Below, one piece after another: positions 51,154 through 61,155 of a DNA stretch of 64,000 nt. The translations under genes and the position numbers were made by a program. The stretch comes from Planctomycetota bacterium (GTDB lineage: Bacteria; Planctomycetota; UBA1135; UBA2386). The stretch is taken from the NCBI GenBank assembly GCA_947501605.1, contig CANMWZ010000003.1, forward strand, positions 228,298 to 292,297, in the 5' to 3' direction. Below the pieces are notes generated by a model, which made no database searches, was not told where the DNA came from, and saw only the letters and a list, made by a program, of their open reading frames with translations. The first letter of the stretch is position 1. The number at the start of each line of letters is the position of its first letter.

Positions 51154-51660
51154 ATGACGCACCCGTTCCTGATGCTGTGTGCGCTGTGCCTTTGCGCCTG
51201 CACGAGCCCATCCGCGCCTCCGGCCGCAGTCGTCTACGCATTGCGGTTGAAGCCCGGGCAGGACCTGAACCGGGAGATCCAGCAGTTTGTCGCGGCGAAC
51301 GGAATTGAGGCCGCCTGGGTCGCGACCTGCGTCGGCAGCCTGACCGAATACTCCCTGCGTTTCGCCGACCAGCAACAGGGCAGCAGCGGTGTCGGGCGGT
51401 TCGAGATCCTGGCGCTGGCAGGCACGGTGTCGAAGCACGGCTCCCACCTGCACCTCGCACTCGGCGACCCCGACGGCCGCGCATTTGGCGGCCACCTGCT
51501 GGACGGTTGCCGGGTCTACACAACCGCCGAAATCCTCCTGCAAGCAGCCCCGGATCTCGTCTTCCTGCGTGAGAACGATGGCAGTACGCCGTGGCAGGAA
51601 CTGCAGATCCGCCGCCGGACGGGTCAGGTGCCCCCCTACTTGCCGGGCAGCGCGCAGTAG
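51154..51660 (+). CDS. PPC/DUF296 domain protein with lipoprotein-like signal
   Basis: RLKPGQDL, CVGSL, FEILALAGT, HLH, GGHL and TTAE. Confidence 0.88.
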   Translation: MTHPFLMLCALCLCACTSPSAPPAAVVYALRLKPGQDLNREIQQFVAANGIEAAWVATCVGSLTEYSLRFADQQQGSSGVGRFEILALAGTVSKHGSHLHLALGDPDGRAFGGHLLDGCRVYTTAEILLQAAPDLVFLRENDGSTPWQELQIRRRTGQVPPYLPGSAQ

Positions 51661-53672
51661 CTATCGAGCCAGGCAAAGAACTCGCGCTGCCAGACGACGC
51701 CGTTCTGCGGCTGCAGCACCCAGTGCCCTTCGCTGGGGAACATCAGCAGTCGACTCGGCACGCCCTGCATCTGGGCCGCCGTGAAGGCCTGCAGCCCCTG
51801 ATCGTAGGGAACGCGGAAGTCCTGCTCCCCGTGAATCACGAGCAGCGGGGTCTTCCAGTTCTTCACGTAGCGGTGCGGAGAAAATCGCTCGAACTCGGCG
51901 GTGCCGGACTGCCGGCTCCACGCTGGTTCGCCGAGGTCCCAGTTGGTGAACCACTGCTCCTCGGTCGAGAGCAGCATCGAATCGAGGTTGAACACTCCGC
52001 AATGGGAGATCATGCAGGCAAAGCGATCGCCGGCGTTGCCCATCAGCCAGTAGACCGAGAAGCCACCGAAGCTCGCGCCGACGGCAGCTGAGTGCGCCTT
52101 GTCGACGTACGGCCGTGCCTGCATCGCATCGGTGACGGCCAGCAGGTCGCGCATCGCCTGGCCGCCCCAGTCGCGCGAGATCTGATCGTTCCAGGCCTGG
52201 CCGAAGCCCGGCAATCCGCGGCGATTGACCCCAGCCACGATGTAGCCCTTCGCGGCCATCAAGTGGAAGTTCCAGCGATACGAAAAGGCCTGCCCCACCA
52301 TCGACTGCGGCCCGCCCTGGCAGAACAGCAGGAACGGGTACTGCTTCGCCTTGTCGAAGTCGGGCGGCTTGACGATCCAGGCATGGATCTTCTTGCCATC
52401 GGTCGCCTCGAACCACTCGCCGTCGACGGTTGGCATCGCCAGCTGCGAAAGCACCTCGCGATTTTCGTCAGCGACGACCGTGATCGCGCCCGAAGCAACG
52501 TCGATCTCGACCAAGGCCGCCGGCAGCTCCATCGTCGTCCGCAGGGCGTAGACCTTCTTGCTGTCATGACGAACTTGGATCGACGACAACGCGTGGCGAC
52601 CCGTCGTCACTGCGGTCGGCTGCTTCTGGTCGAGGCTCGCGGTGTAGAGTTGGGTCGTGCCTTCGGTCTCGACGGTGAAGAACAAGCGGCTGCAGTCGCT
52701 GCTGAACGTCACCTCGTGCACCGAGGCGTCGAAGTCCGTTAGCAACTCGCTGTTCTTGCCCGTGCGCACGTCGTGCAGCATGAGGCGCACGCGGTCGGCC
52801 TCGAACCCGGCTCGGGCCATGCTGCAAAATGCGATCTTGCTGCCGTCCACCGACCAGACCGGGTCCTGGTCGAAGCCGGGCATCCCTTCGGTGATGCACA
52901 CGTGCGGGCCGATGCCATTCCACGCCACCACGTAGATGCCACTGTCGGTACTGCGCTCGGGATCGCTGACCTTCTTGGCGGTGTAACAGAGTGCGTTGCC
53001 ATCCGGACTCCAGCAGATCTGCTCGCCGCCACCAAACGGAACGAGTGGCGTGTCGATGGCGGCTCCGCGCAGGAGGTCGATCGGCTTCTGGTCTTCGAGA
53101 CTCGCGCAGAACAGGTGGCTGTAGCTGCCGTCGCGCCAGTGGTCCCAATGACGAACCATGAGTTCGTCGTAGACGCGGGCAGAGGCATGCGGCAGATCCG
53201 GGTGGCGATCCTTCAGTGTCGGCTCTACCTGCACGGCGCGCGTGAACGACACTCGACCACCGTCCCGCGACAGTGCCAAGTTGTCGATCGAGCCGCCAAG
53301 ATCGATCACCGCACTGGCGCGGCCATCGAGACTCTGCACGTGCAGACCATCCGTGGCCACAAAGGCGTACTTGGTGCCGTCGGCAAACCAACGCGGTTGA
53401 CTGCCTTTGCCGACCACTCTTGCCGCAGCACCGCTGCCCAGCGACAGCAGCATGACGTCACTCTGCCCGCGGTTCTGGGCCAGGTCGATGCGCCGCACGG
53501 TGTAGAGCAGGAGGGCGCCATCCGGACTCAACTGCGGTTCGCCAAGACGCGCGAACTCGACGAGCCGTTCGGGCGTGAGCCGCTGCAGACCACCAGTCGC
53601 TGGGACCGGACTTTGGCCGACAACGGCAACGGCAGAGAGCAACGCACTAAGCGTATGGCGCAGCCTGTTCAT
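51636..53672 (-). CDS. S9 family peptidase (DPP5/acylaminoacyl-like)
   Basis: GGPQ, GASFGG (Ser), GEQDFRVP (Asp) and EGHW (His); signal peptide. Confidence 0.94.
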   Translation of the reverse strand: MNRLRHTLSALLSAVAVVGQSPVPATGGLQRLTPERLVEFARLGEPQLSPDGALLLYTVRRIDLAQNRGQSDVMLLSLGSGAAARVVGKGSQPRWFADGTKYAFVATDGLHVQSLDGRASAVIDLGGSIDNLALSRDGGRVSFTRAVQVEPTLKDRHPDLPHASARVYDELMVRHWDHWRDGSYSHLFCASLEDQKPIDLLRGAAIDTPLVPFGGGEQICWSPDGNALCYTAKKVSDPERSTDSGIYVVAWNGIGPHVCITEGMPGFDQDPVWSVDGSKIAFCSMARAGFEADRVRLMLHDVRTGKNSELLTDFDASVHEVTFSSDCSRLFFTVETEGTTQLYTASLDQKQPTAVTTGRHALSSIQVRHDSKKVYALRTTMELPAALVEIDVASGAITVVADENREVLSQLAMPTVDGEWFEATDGKKIHAWIVKPPDFDKAKQYPFLLFCQGGPQSMVGQAFSYRWNFHLMAAKGYIVAGVNRRGLPGFGQAWNDQISRDWGGQAMRDLLAVTDAMQARPYVDKAHSAAVGASFGGFSVYWLMGNAGDRFACMISHCGVFNLDSMLLSTEEQWFTNWDLGEPAWSRQSGTAEFERFSPHRYVKNWKTPLLVIHGEQDFRVPYDQGLQAFTAAQMQGVPSRLLMFPSEGHWVLQPQNGVVWQREFFAWLDSYCALPGK

Positions 53673-53841
53673 GCCGCGATCTTGCGCGGCCCGCCGTGTG
53701 TTACCAAGGATGGCATGCTTGCTCGGCACCACACGCCGGGAAGGAAGTCTCTGTGGTCCCGTCCAAACCGCGTGCCCGCAGAGGTACTTACGCTAGACTG
53801 CGAAACCTGACTAGCGCGGCACTGACCGCCCCCTTCTTCCG

Positions 53842-54285
53842 ATGAACGACTTCTTCCCCTGCGCCATTCGGCGCGCTCCGCTCGATCGCACCGCCCGCTT
53901 GGACCTTCAGGCTGGCTTCACCCTCGTCGAGATCATGGTCGTGATCGTGATCCTCGGCCTGCTGGCGACCCTAGTGGTCCCCAATGTGATGGGCATGAGC
54001 GATGAAGCCAAGGTCACCAAGACCCAGACCGACGTCAAAGCCATCTACGACGCGGCGCAGTTGTACAAGATGAAGAACAGCAAGATCCCGACCTTGGAAG
54101 AGCTGCAGACACCCGACGACAAGGGCCAGAGCTATCTAGACGATAGCTACGAGACCAAGGACCCGTGGGGTCAGGACTACGTGATCCGCGAGACCGATCG
54201 CGGCAAGTTCGAGGTGCTGAGCATGGGCCCCGATGGTTCCGAAGGTACTGAGGACGACGTTTCCAACCGCCGCAAGGACAAGTGA
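53842..54285 (+). CDS. gspG: Type II secretion major pseudopilin GspG
   Basis: GFTLVEIMVVIVILG, KDPWG and SMGPDGSEGTEDD. Confidence 0.88.
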   Translation: MNDFFPCAIRRAPLDRTARLDLQAGFTLVEIMVVIVILGLLATLVVPNVMGMSDEAKVTKTQTDVKAIYDAAQLYKMKNSKIPTLEELQTPDDKGQSYLDDSYETKDPWGQDYVIRETDRGKFEVLSMGPDGSEGTEDDVSNRRKDK

Positions 54286-54887
54286 CCCAAAGAGCCGAGA
54301 GCGCGCCTGCAGACGAACGCACCGGCCAGGACCGCGACGCGTCCGGCTTCACCATCATCGAGGTGATGGTGACGCTGATGATCATCGGTCTGATCACGGG
54401 CATGATTCTGCCGAACTTGGGTGCCTTCGTACCCAAGGCGCGCCTCGACGCCGCTGCCAAGGTGCTGTCGGCGAACATCGACCACATGCGCAGCGAAGCT
54501 CGCATCCAAGGCAAGCGCTGCGCCCTCGAACTCGACCTTGACCGCGGCATGTGGCGGCGCGTGCTCCCGCCCGAAGATCGCTTGACGACGGACCAGGACG
54601 TCGACAGCCTCGAGCCGCTGTACGAGGACTGGACCGACCTTGCCGAGGACGTGCAGATCGTCAGCGTCGGCAACGTCAACGAGGGGCTGGGCAAAGCCGG
54701 CACCTTCTCGCTGGTGTTCGACCACAACGGCAACACGGCCGATCAGTCGGTCGTGATCCGATTGAAGAGCGACCCGACCATGGTCTGGACGATCAACATC
54801 CGCGGGCTCACGGGCCAATGCGAAGTCATCCCCAACTTCGAAGGCAAGGAGCAGATGCCCGACGAAGTGAGCGAGGGCGGTTTCTGA
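54282..54887 (+). CDS. Minor pseudopilin (GspH-like)
   Basis: GFTIIEVMV prepilin motif; translationally coupled to gspG. Confidence 0.8.
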   Translation: MTQRAESAPADERTGQDRDASGFTIIEVMVTLMIIGLITGMILPNLGAFVPKARLDAAAKVLSANIDHMRSEARIQGKRCALELDLDRGMWRRVLPPEDRLTTDQDVDSLEPLYEDWTDLAEDVQIVSVGNVNEGLGKAGTFSLVFDHNGNTADQSVVIRLKSDPTMVWTINIRGLTGQCEVIPNFEGKEQMPDEVSEGGF

Positions 54888-55624
54888 TGCACTCCGCCCG
54901 CGCCGCACGTCAAGACGGGTTCACGCTTCTCGAAGCGGTTGTGGCCCTCGCGATTGTCGCAATGGTCGTCATCAGCTACCTGGGCATTCGCACTGCCGCT
55001 GTCGGAGATGGCCTCGAGGCCCGAAACTGGCGCCTCGCGCGCGAGATCGCCGAGGAGCGCTTGTCCGAGGTCCTGGCCGGTGCCTTGGAGACCCCGCCGC
55101 AGTCCGGCATCGAGCAGCGGCTCGACGAGAAGTACCCCGATTTCAGCTACCAGATCGTCATCGGCGAGTCTGCGATCGGCGAGCTCGAGGCGCGCATTGC
55201 GACCGATGCAGCGGAGGATGATCCGCAGCAACGAGACCGCAACGAATGGCAGCAAAACCGCGACACCTACCGCAAGGCATCCTCGCGCGGCATGTCCGCG
55301 CTCGAGTACCAGGATCAGCAGGCGGCCGAAGAGTACGAACGCCGCGTCGACAACAAGGCGCCGAGCGAAACCGAGTTCGAACAGGTGGCCGTGGTCGTGT
55401 TCTTCCCCAAGTTGAACGCGCACTTCGAGGGCCAGCAGGAGTCATTCGTCATCAAGTCCAAGATCTCGACGCTCGCGCTGTCCGGGCTCACCCCCGAACA
55501 AGCCCGTCAGATCGCCGAATCGCAGACTGGCGGCGACGCCAGTAGCAGTGCTTCTGGGGGCGGATTGCCGAGCGGCGGCAGTGGCAGCGGCGGCGCCCCG
55601 AGCGGCAGCCAAGGAGGCAAGTGA
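54887..55624 (+). CDS. Minor pseudopilin (GspI-like), enlarged
   Basis: GFTLLEAVVAL; ATG overlaps the upstream TGA. Confidence 0.78.
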   Translation: MHSARAARQDGFTLLEAVVALAIVAMVVISYLGIRTAAVGDGLEARNWRLAREIAEERLSEVLAGALETPPQSGIEQRLDEKYPDFSYQIVIGESAIGELEARIATDAAEDDPQQRDRNEWQQNRDTYRKASSRGMSALEYQDQQAAEEYERRVDNKAPSETEFEQVAVVVFFPKLNAHFEGQQESFVIKSKISTLALSGLTPEQARQIAESQTGGDASSSASGGGLPSGGSGSGGAPSGSQGGK

Positions 55625-56682
55625 TGCATCGTCTTGACCAATCCGAGCGCCGCAACGCGGGCTTCACCCTGATCGAAGTGCTACTCGCCGTCGGCATCAC
55701 ATCGATGGTCATGCTGACTGTCGGCGTGACCTTCCGCGTCACGCTCGAAGCCCGCGACATCGTCGATGAGCTCTCGGAGTCCACCGCCGCGGGCCCGCGC
55801 ATCCTCTCGCTGATCGAACGTGACCTCCGCGGCCTGTGGACGTTCAACATCAAGAACAACCGCGTGCTCGTCGGCCGCAGCCGCGATGTCGGCAGCTTCG
55901 AAGCCGATCGGCTCGACTTGCTGACCACCACGGACTCGATTGGCTACGTGCTCGACGATCGCAACGTGCCGCATCAGACGACGGTGTGCGAGGTCGGCTA
56001 CTGGCTGAAACAGAACTCGCGCTACCGCGACTTGATCGAGCTCTGGCGCCGCGAGGACCCGTTGATCGACAACGACCTTGTCACGGATGGCCGCTTCCAA
56101 CTCGTCCACGATCGGCTGCGGAGCTTCAAGATCACCTACTTCCGCGAACTCGGATTCACCTCCGAGGAACTGCACGAATGGGACAGCGGCCTAGAAGACA
56201 CTCTGCCCCGACGCATCAAGGTGGAGTTCACTCTCGAGCGCAAGCGCAGTAGCCGCAACGTCGTGAATGACGCGGAGATCGAAGACTTCGAAGGCGCCGA
56301 GAAGACCTACGTGCGCCACTTTGTGCTCGACCCGGCCTTGATGGACTCGCTTCAGCCCAACATCGCCTTGATCCCGGTGCGACCGCCCAAACCAGAAGAC
56401 GCTGCCGGGGGTGGTGGCGGTGGCGGTGGCGGTGGCGGACTGGCGAACCTGCCGAGCGTCGGCGGTGGCCCGAACACCGCGACCGGTGACGGGGACATCA
56501 GGGGTGGCGGCCGCCCCAACGGCGATCAGAGTTTCGCCGGACGGGGCGGTGCCCGACCTGGCGGATCTCCGGCTGGAGGCCTGCCGCCTGGCTTCAACCT
56601 CGGCGACCTGCTGCGCGGCGGAACGCGCGGCGGCGGTGGCTTGTTCGGCGGCGGTGGTAGCAACGGCGGTGGCGGCCGTTAG
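55621..56682 (+). CDS. Minor pseudopilin (GspJ-like) with Gly-rich tail
   Basis: GFTLIEVLLA, IERDL, EVGY, RRE and EWDS...LP. Confidence 0.8.
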   Translation: MMHRLDQSERRNAGFTLIEVLLAVGITSMVMLTVGVTFRVTLEARDIVDELSESTAAGPRILSLIERDLRGLWTFNIKNNRVLVGRSRDVGSFEADRLDLLTTTDSIGYVLDDRNVPHQTTVCEVGYWLKQNSRYRDLIELWRREDPLIDNDLVTDGRFQLVHDRLRSFKITYFRELGFTSEELHEWDSGLEDTLPRRIKVEFTLERKRSSRNVVNDAEIEDFEGAEKTYVRHFVLDPALMDSLQPNIALIPVRPPKPEDAAGGGGGGGGGGGLANLPSVGGGPNTATGDGDIRGGGRPNGDQSFAGRGGARPGGSPAGGLPPGFNLGDLLRGGTRGGGGLFGGGGSNGGGGR

Positions 56683-56847
56683 GCAGCCTGTTGCAGAACG
56701 GCTCCGGCACCGAGGGTTCGAGATCTGGTTCGAGATCCAGGGGCGCGAACGGAGTCGAATCGGCAGCTTCGACGCAATTCGTGCGACGCAGAGATCGGAT
56801 CAGCTACCGAGCAAGCCGGCAGGATGCGTTCGGCAACAGGCCGTTAG
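56679..56847. mobile_element. MITE copy 2, followed by an extra orphan right end (56848-56869)
   Basis: TTAG at both ends; TIRs GCCTGTTGCAGAACG / CGTTCGGCAACAGGC; interior shared with 15077-15244. Confidence 0.78.
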
Positions 56848-56993
56848 GCAGTCTTCAACAGGCTGTTAGGCAGGGGGCCGGTCCGCTCACCCTTGCGAGC
56901 TGAGGGCCCACTCGGTCCTACCGCCGCGGAAGGGACTGGGGATCAGGATTCCGCCGCCGTCGGACGCCACAGAGTACGAAGTTGTTGGACATG

Positions 56994-57032
56994 GTCGCTC
57001 AAAGCCGTCGCTGAAAGCCGTCGCTCAAAGCG
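56994..57032. repeat. 3 x 13-bp tandem repeat GTCGCT(C/G)AAAGC(C/G)
   Basis: Read directly from the sequence. Confidence 0.8.
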
Positions 57033-57202
57033 CCAGCGTCCGTGGCGCCCCCCCCGTCCACGGATGGCTTCGTCGCGATCTCGCCGTGGAACTGGCAGAT
57101 CCCGCCACGAAGCCGCTCCTTGACCACGACGTTCGTGGCTCGGCCTCGACTCAGACCCCTTGGGAACGACCTCTAGTCCCACTCCGTCAGCGCCCGTCCG
57201 TT

Positions 57203-58489
57203 TCAGAACACCTTCTTGCCGATCACCGCGCGGCCACCCATGTAGGGTCGCAGCGCCGCTGGCACGTTCACGGTACCGTCGGGATTCTGGTGGTTCTCGA
57301 GCAGCGGAATCAGCACGCGCGGGCTGGCGATCACCGTGTTGTTCAGCGTGTGGCAGAACCGCACCTTGCCCAGGGCGTCGCGATAGCGCAGCCCAAGCCG
57401 CCGCGCCTGGTAGTCATAGAACCGCGATGCCGAGTGCGTCTCGCCATACGCGTTTCGCGACGGCATCCATGTCTCGATGTCGTACTTGAAGGCCTGCGGC
57501 ACACCGAGATCCCCGCCGCAAACCGCGACGATGCGATAGGGCAGTTCGAAGGCTTGCAGACACGACTCAGCATTCTGAACGATGGCTGCGTGGTGTTCGA
57601 GCGAACGCGCCTTGTCGGCAATGTCCAAGACGACCTGCTCGACCTTCTGGAACTGATGTACCCGATAGAGCCCGCGAGTGTCCTTGCCATACGTGCCCGC
57701 CTCGCGACGGAAACACATCGACCGCGCGACGTACTTCTTGGGTAGGTCCGCCTCACTCAGGATCTCGCCGGCATGCAACGACGTGACCGGGACTTCACTC
57801 GTGCCGATCAGGTTGAGCCCGTCCTTCTCGCAGCGGTAGGTCTGTTCTTCGCCCCCTGGGAAGAACCCGGTGCCGAACATCGCCGGGTCGCGAACCATGA
57901 CCGGCGGATCGACTGGCACGAAGCCGCGCTCCACCATCAGGTCGATCGAGAAGCGCAGCACCGCGTCCTGGAGCAACGCAAGATCGGAGAACAACACGTA
58001 GTTGCGCGACCCCGACAACTCCGCCGCACGCGTGAAGTCGAGCCAGCCCTGCGCCTCACCGATCTCGTAGTGCGCCTTCGCGGCGAAGGGAAACTGACGC
58101 ACCATGCCGTGCTTCTTGACCTCGACGTTCTCCGTGTCGTCCTTGCCGTCCGGCACCTCGCTGTCGGGGATGTTGGGGACCAGCGCCAGCGCCTGCTCGA
58201 TCTCGGCCTTGAGCTGCTTCTCGCGTTCTTCGAAATGCTTCAGCTCCTCCTTCTTGGCCTTCTGGCCGCCGAGAAAGGCCTCTCGGTCCGCCGGCGCCAT
58301 CTTGCCAATCTCCTTGCTGCCCGCCTTTTGGTCGGCGCGCATGCCATCGAGCTTGGGAGTCAGCACTCGCAACTCTGCATCGAGTTGGAGGGCGCGATCA
58401 ACCGCGTTGGCGCGGTCGGGCATGCGCTTCTTGCGCGCAGCCTGGCGCGCAGCCTCGGGATCGTCGCGGAGAACCTTGATGTCGAGCAC
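57203..58489 (-). CDS. serS: Seryl-tRNA synthetase
   Basis: MLDIK, GTSEVP, FRREAG, RVHQF, KYDIE and HTLN. Confidence 0.98.
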   Translation of the reverse strand: MLDIKVLRDDPEAARQAARKKRMPDRANAVDRALQLDAELRVLTPKLDGMRADQKAGSKEIGKMAPADREAFLGGQKAKKEELKHFEEREKQLKAEIEQALALVPNIPDSEVPDGKDDTENVEVKKHGMVRQFPFAAKAHYEIGEAQGWLDFTRAAELSGSRNYVLFSDLALLQDAVLRFSIDLMVERGFVPVDPPVMVRDPAMFGTGFFPGGEEQTYRCEKDGLNLIGTSEVPVTSLHAGEILSEADLPKKYVARSMCFRREAGTYGKDTRGLYRVHQFQKVEQVVLDIADKARSLEHHAAIVQNAESCLQAFELPYRIVAVCGGDLGVPQAFKYDIETWMPSRNAYGETHSASRFYDYQARRLGLRYRDALGKVRFCHTLNNTVIASPRVLIPLLENHQNPDGTVNVPAALRPYMGGRAVIGKKVF

Positions 58490-58581
58490 GGAACGCCTCG
58501 TTGCCTCAGTCGGGGATCGGAACGCGCGGCAGTGTAGCGAGGCATCGACTTCGCTTCGATGGTTCCTACGAGGACTGCGCA

Positions 58582-59448
58582 GTGCTATGTCAGGATCCCA
58601 TCAGCTACCAGGACCGCATCGCCGAGTGCAACAATGCTGACTTGCGCGATTTCGTGCGCTGGTCGGCCGGCGGCACCGCGGCTGGATTCGTGCGGCACGA
58701 CCGGCTGCATCGGTTGCGAGCGTCCGGCGCACCGTTCGTCGAGAGCGACCAGGGGTTCGCGCTGTGCGGCAACGACGTGCGCGGCAGATCGCAACAGCTT
58801 CACGAGTGGCTGCTAGGGCTCGTGCGCGAGGGAGAGTTCGAGATGAGCGGCGAGATCTACCCCGTGGTCCAGCGACTCGGCGAGGCCCCACAGCTCCTGG
58901 TCGACCGCGGGGCGGTTCCTTGGCTCGGCGTGCGGCCATTTGGTGTCCACCTGTGCGGCTTTGTCCGGCGCGGAACAAGGGTATCGGTCTGGGTCGCGGT
59001 CCGCGCAAAGGGGAAGACCTTTGCCGGCCGTTGGGACAACACCGTCGCCGGCGGCCAGCCGGTGGGCTTGTCGCTGCGCGAGAACCTGATCAAGGAATGC
59101 GGCGAGGAGGCGTCGATGCCCGCCTCGTTGGTGCAGCAGGCCGTGGCGACCAGCACGTTGACGTATGTCCGTGCCGACGCGACCGGCCTCAAGCCCGACA
59201 CCCTCGTTTGCTACGACCTCGAACTGCCGCATGACTTCGTGCCGACGCCGCGCGATGGCGAGGTTGAGCGCTTCCTACTGGTCGACAGCACCGAACTGGC
59301 GGCGGTCGTGCGCGAGGAACCCCGCTGCAAGCCGAACTGCAGCCTCGTCTGGATCGACTTCCTGCTGCGTCACGGCCTCCTCGATGGACCGTTGTCGCGG
59401 ACCGAACGGGAGTCGCTGGCGAGGGCGCTGCGCGCGCCGCTGCCGTGA
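58582..59448 (+). CDS. DUF4743-type Nudix hydrolase
   Basis: FGVHL, WDNTVAGG, KECGEEA, YDLEL, DGEVE and KPN. GTG start uncertain. Confidence 0.82.
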   Translation: MLCQDPISYQDRIAECNNADLRDFVRWSAGGTAAGFVRHDRLHRLRASGAPFVESDQGFALCGNDVRGRSQQLHEWLLGLVREGEFEMSGEIYPVVQRLGEAPQLLVDRGAVPWLGVRPFGVHLCGFVRRGTRVSVWVAVRAKGKTFAGRWDNTVAGGQPVGLSLRENLIKECGEEASMPASLVQQAVATSTLTYVRADATGLKPDTLVCYDLELPHDFVPTPRDGEVERFLLVDSTELAAVVREEPRCKPNCSLVWIDFLLRHGLLDGPLSRTERESLARALRAPLP

Positions 59449-59535
59449 TTGCGTTGCGTCCAGCTCGGGCGCCGCGGCGAAGCCGGAGGACCTTGAGCAC
59501 CCCGAGGCCTTCGCCCTAACCTTGCGCAGATCGCC

Positions 59536-60141
59536 GTGACCCTGCAACTGCCCCGATCCCCAGTCCCCATTTTCCCGCTCCGGGGCATGTTCCTCTACCC
59601 GGCGCAGATGCTGCCGCTCCACATCTTCGAGCCGCGCTATCGGCAGCTGATCGAAGACTGCCTCGACGGCCCTGGAAGGATCGTGCTCGGCACGATCATC
59701 GACGACGAACATCCACCGCATGTGCTGCCGGTCGCCGGCCTCGGTGAGATCGTGCGCCATGAGCGGCTGCCGGACGGTCGCTTCCACATCTGGCTACTCG
59801 GCCTAGTGCGCGTCAGGATCGCCGAAGTCACCAGCGACCGCCTCTACCGCAAAGTGGCGTGCCAGTCGTTCGACGAGACACAGGCGGCGCCGGACGTCGG
59901 CAAGCTCCTGAGAACGCAGTTGCGCAACGCGGCGCAGAGCCGCCTCGAACAGAAGCTGGAAGTACCGCCCGCCGCCGGCACTGGCGTGCTCACCGACCTG
60001 CTCCTGCAACTCCTGCAGCTGCCGCAGGACTTGGCGCAGGAGATCTTTATCGAACAGTCGATCCCGGAGCGGGCGCGCATGGCCCTGGCCGCCCATCAAC
60101 GTTTTCCACATTCTCCACCGCCGTCCGCAGAGACGATCTGA
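59536..60141 (+). CDS. Lon N-terminal (substrate-binding) domain protein
   Basis: PIFPL, LPLHIFEPRY and LPDGRF. Confidence 0.88.
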   Translation: MTLQLPRSPVPIFPLRGMFLYPAQMLPLHIFEPRYRQLIEDCLDGPGRIVLGTIIDDEHPPHVLPVAGLGEIVRHERLPDGRFHIWLLGLVRVRIAEVTSDRLYRKVACQSFDETQAAPDVGKLLRTQLRNAAQSRLEQKLEVPPAAGTGVLTDLLLQLLQLPQDLAQEIFIEQSIPERARMALAAHQRFPHSPPPSAETI

Positions 60142-60249
60142 GGCCGCGCGCGGGAGGGTGCTTGTTCGGCCGGTTTCGCTTCCTAGCATCGGGAGCCCTA
60201 GGGAGGCCCGATGCAGAAGATCCGCAGCACCACGCGCACGCCTGAGCCG

Positions 60250-60915
60250 ATGCGCATCTACCTTGTCGGTGCCCACGCGACCGGCAAGACCACTGTCGCG
60301 CGCTGGGTGCGCGATCGCTACGGCATCCCAATGATCGCCGAGGTCGCGCGCGGGGTGTTGGCCGAGATGGAGGCCCAGCTCGACTCGCTGCGCACGGACA
60401 TCTCGTTGGTCAACCGCTACCAGGCCGAAGTGTTCGCGCGCCAGATCGCGGCGGAGCACAAAGTAGAGGGGCCGTTCGTCAGTGATCGAGCGTTCTGCAA
60501 CCTGGCCTACGCGGCCCACCACTCCACCATCCTTGGCGAAGTCTTCCGCGACCGCCGCCTCGCTGACTACATGTCCTGGGTGCGCCAGGGAATCGTGTTC
60601 TTCCTGCGCCCGCACCGCGATCTCGTCCGAGCCGACGGCGTGCGTGCGGGGCTCGAGTGGGAGGAGGTCGTACGCATCGACGGCATGGTCAAGCTGTTAC
60701 TCGAACTGTTCGACGTGCCCTACATCCCGGTCGAGTCCCTGTCGATGCAGGAACGAGTCCGCTTGGTCGAACGGGTACTCGACCTTGCTGGCATGACGGA
60801 CTCCGCGAACACCAGCCCACACAGCCCGCTGAAGAACGGCGCCATCGCGGAACTTCCAAAAGACCCACCGCGATCCCGGAGTGCCAACTACACCGAAGCC
60901 AGCGATTCGCCGTAG
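60250..60915 (+). CDS. AAA_28 (NadR/Ttd14-like) P-loop kinase/ATPase
   Basis: GAHATGKTT, EVAR, SDR and DGVR. Confidence 0.8.
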   Translation: MRIYLVGAHATGKTTVARWVRDRYGIPMIAEVARGVLAEMEAQLDSLRTDISLVNRYQAEVFARQIAAEHKVEGPFVSDRAFCNLAYAAHHSTILGEVFRDRRLADYMSWVRQGIVFFLRPHRDLVRADGVRAGLEWEEVVRIDGMVKLLLELFDVPYIPVESLSMQERVRLVERVLDLAGMTDSANTSPHSPLKNGAIAELPKDPPRSRSANYTEASDSP

Positions 60916-60993
60916 CCCGCCCGATGCTCGTAGCGTGCGCTCGGCAAAGACTGGCCCGAGGGTCGAGCCCGCAGGCCCGTAGGCAGCGGCCAA

Positions 60994-61028
60994 TAGGCAG
61001 TGGGAAGTGGGAAGTGGGAAGTGGGCAG
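60994..61028. repeat. Heptamer tandem repeat T(G/A)GG(A/C)AG x5
   Basis: TAGGCAG TGGGAAG TGGGAAG TGGGAAG TGGGCAG between convergent genes. Confidence 0.75.
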
Positions 61029-61155
61029 CGTGCCGGCAAGGCTCTTCCGCACAGCCTTCTGCTGCCAACCAAGCGCGGCCGAGAAACGCATGCACGGGCA
61101 CGCAAGAGCCGCGTGACCGATCCCGCCTTCTCGCCGGGATCGGATGCACCGCGGT

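Noticed and set aside
56994..57032. Possible mini-CRISPR
   Set aside because: 13-bp units abut with no spacers, and no cas genes are present.
60994..61028. Heptamer repeat as a functional G-quadruplex or regulatory array
   Set aside because: Four GGG runs are present, but short intergenic heptamer repeats are common and nothing else supports a function.
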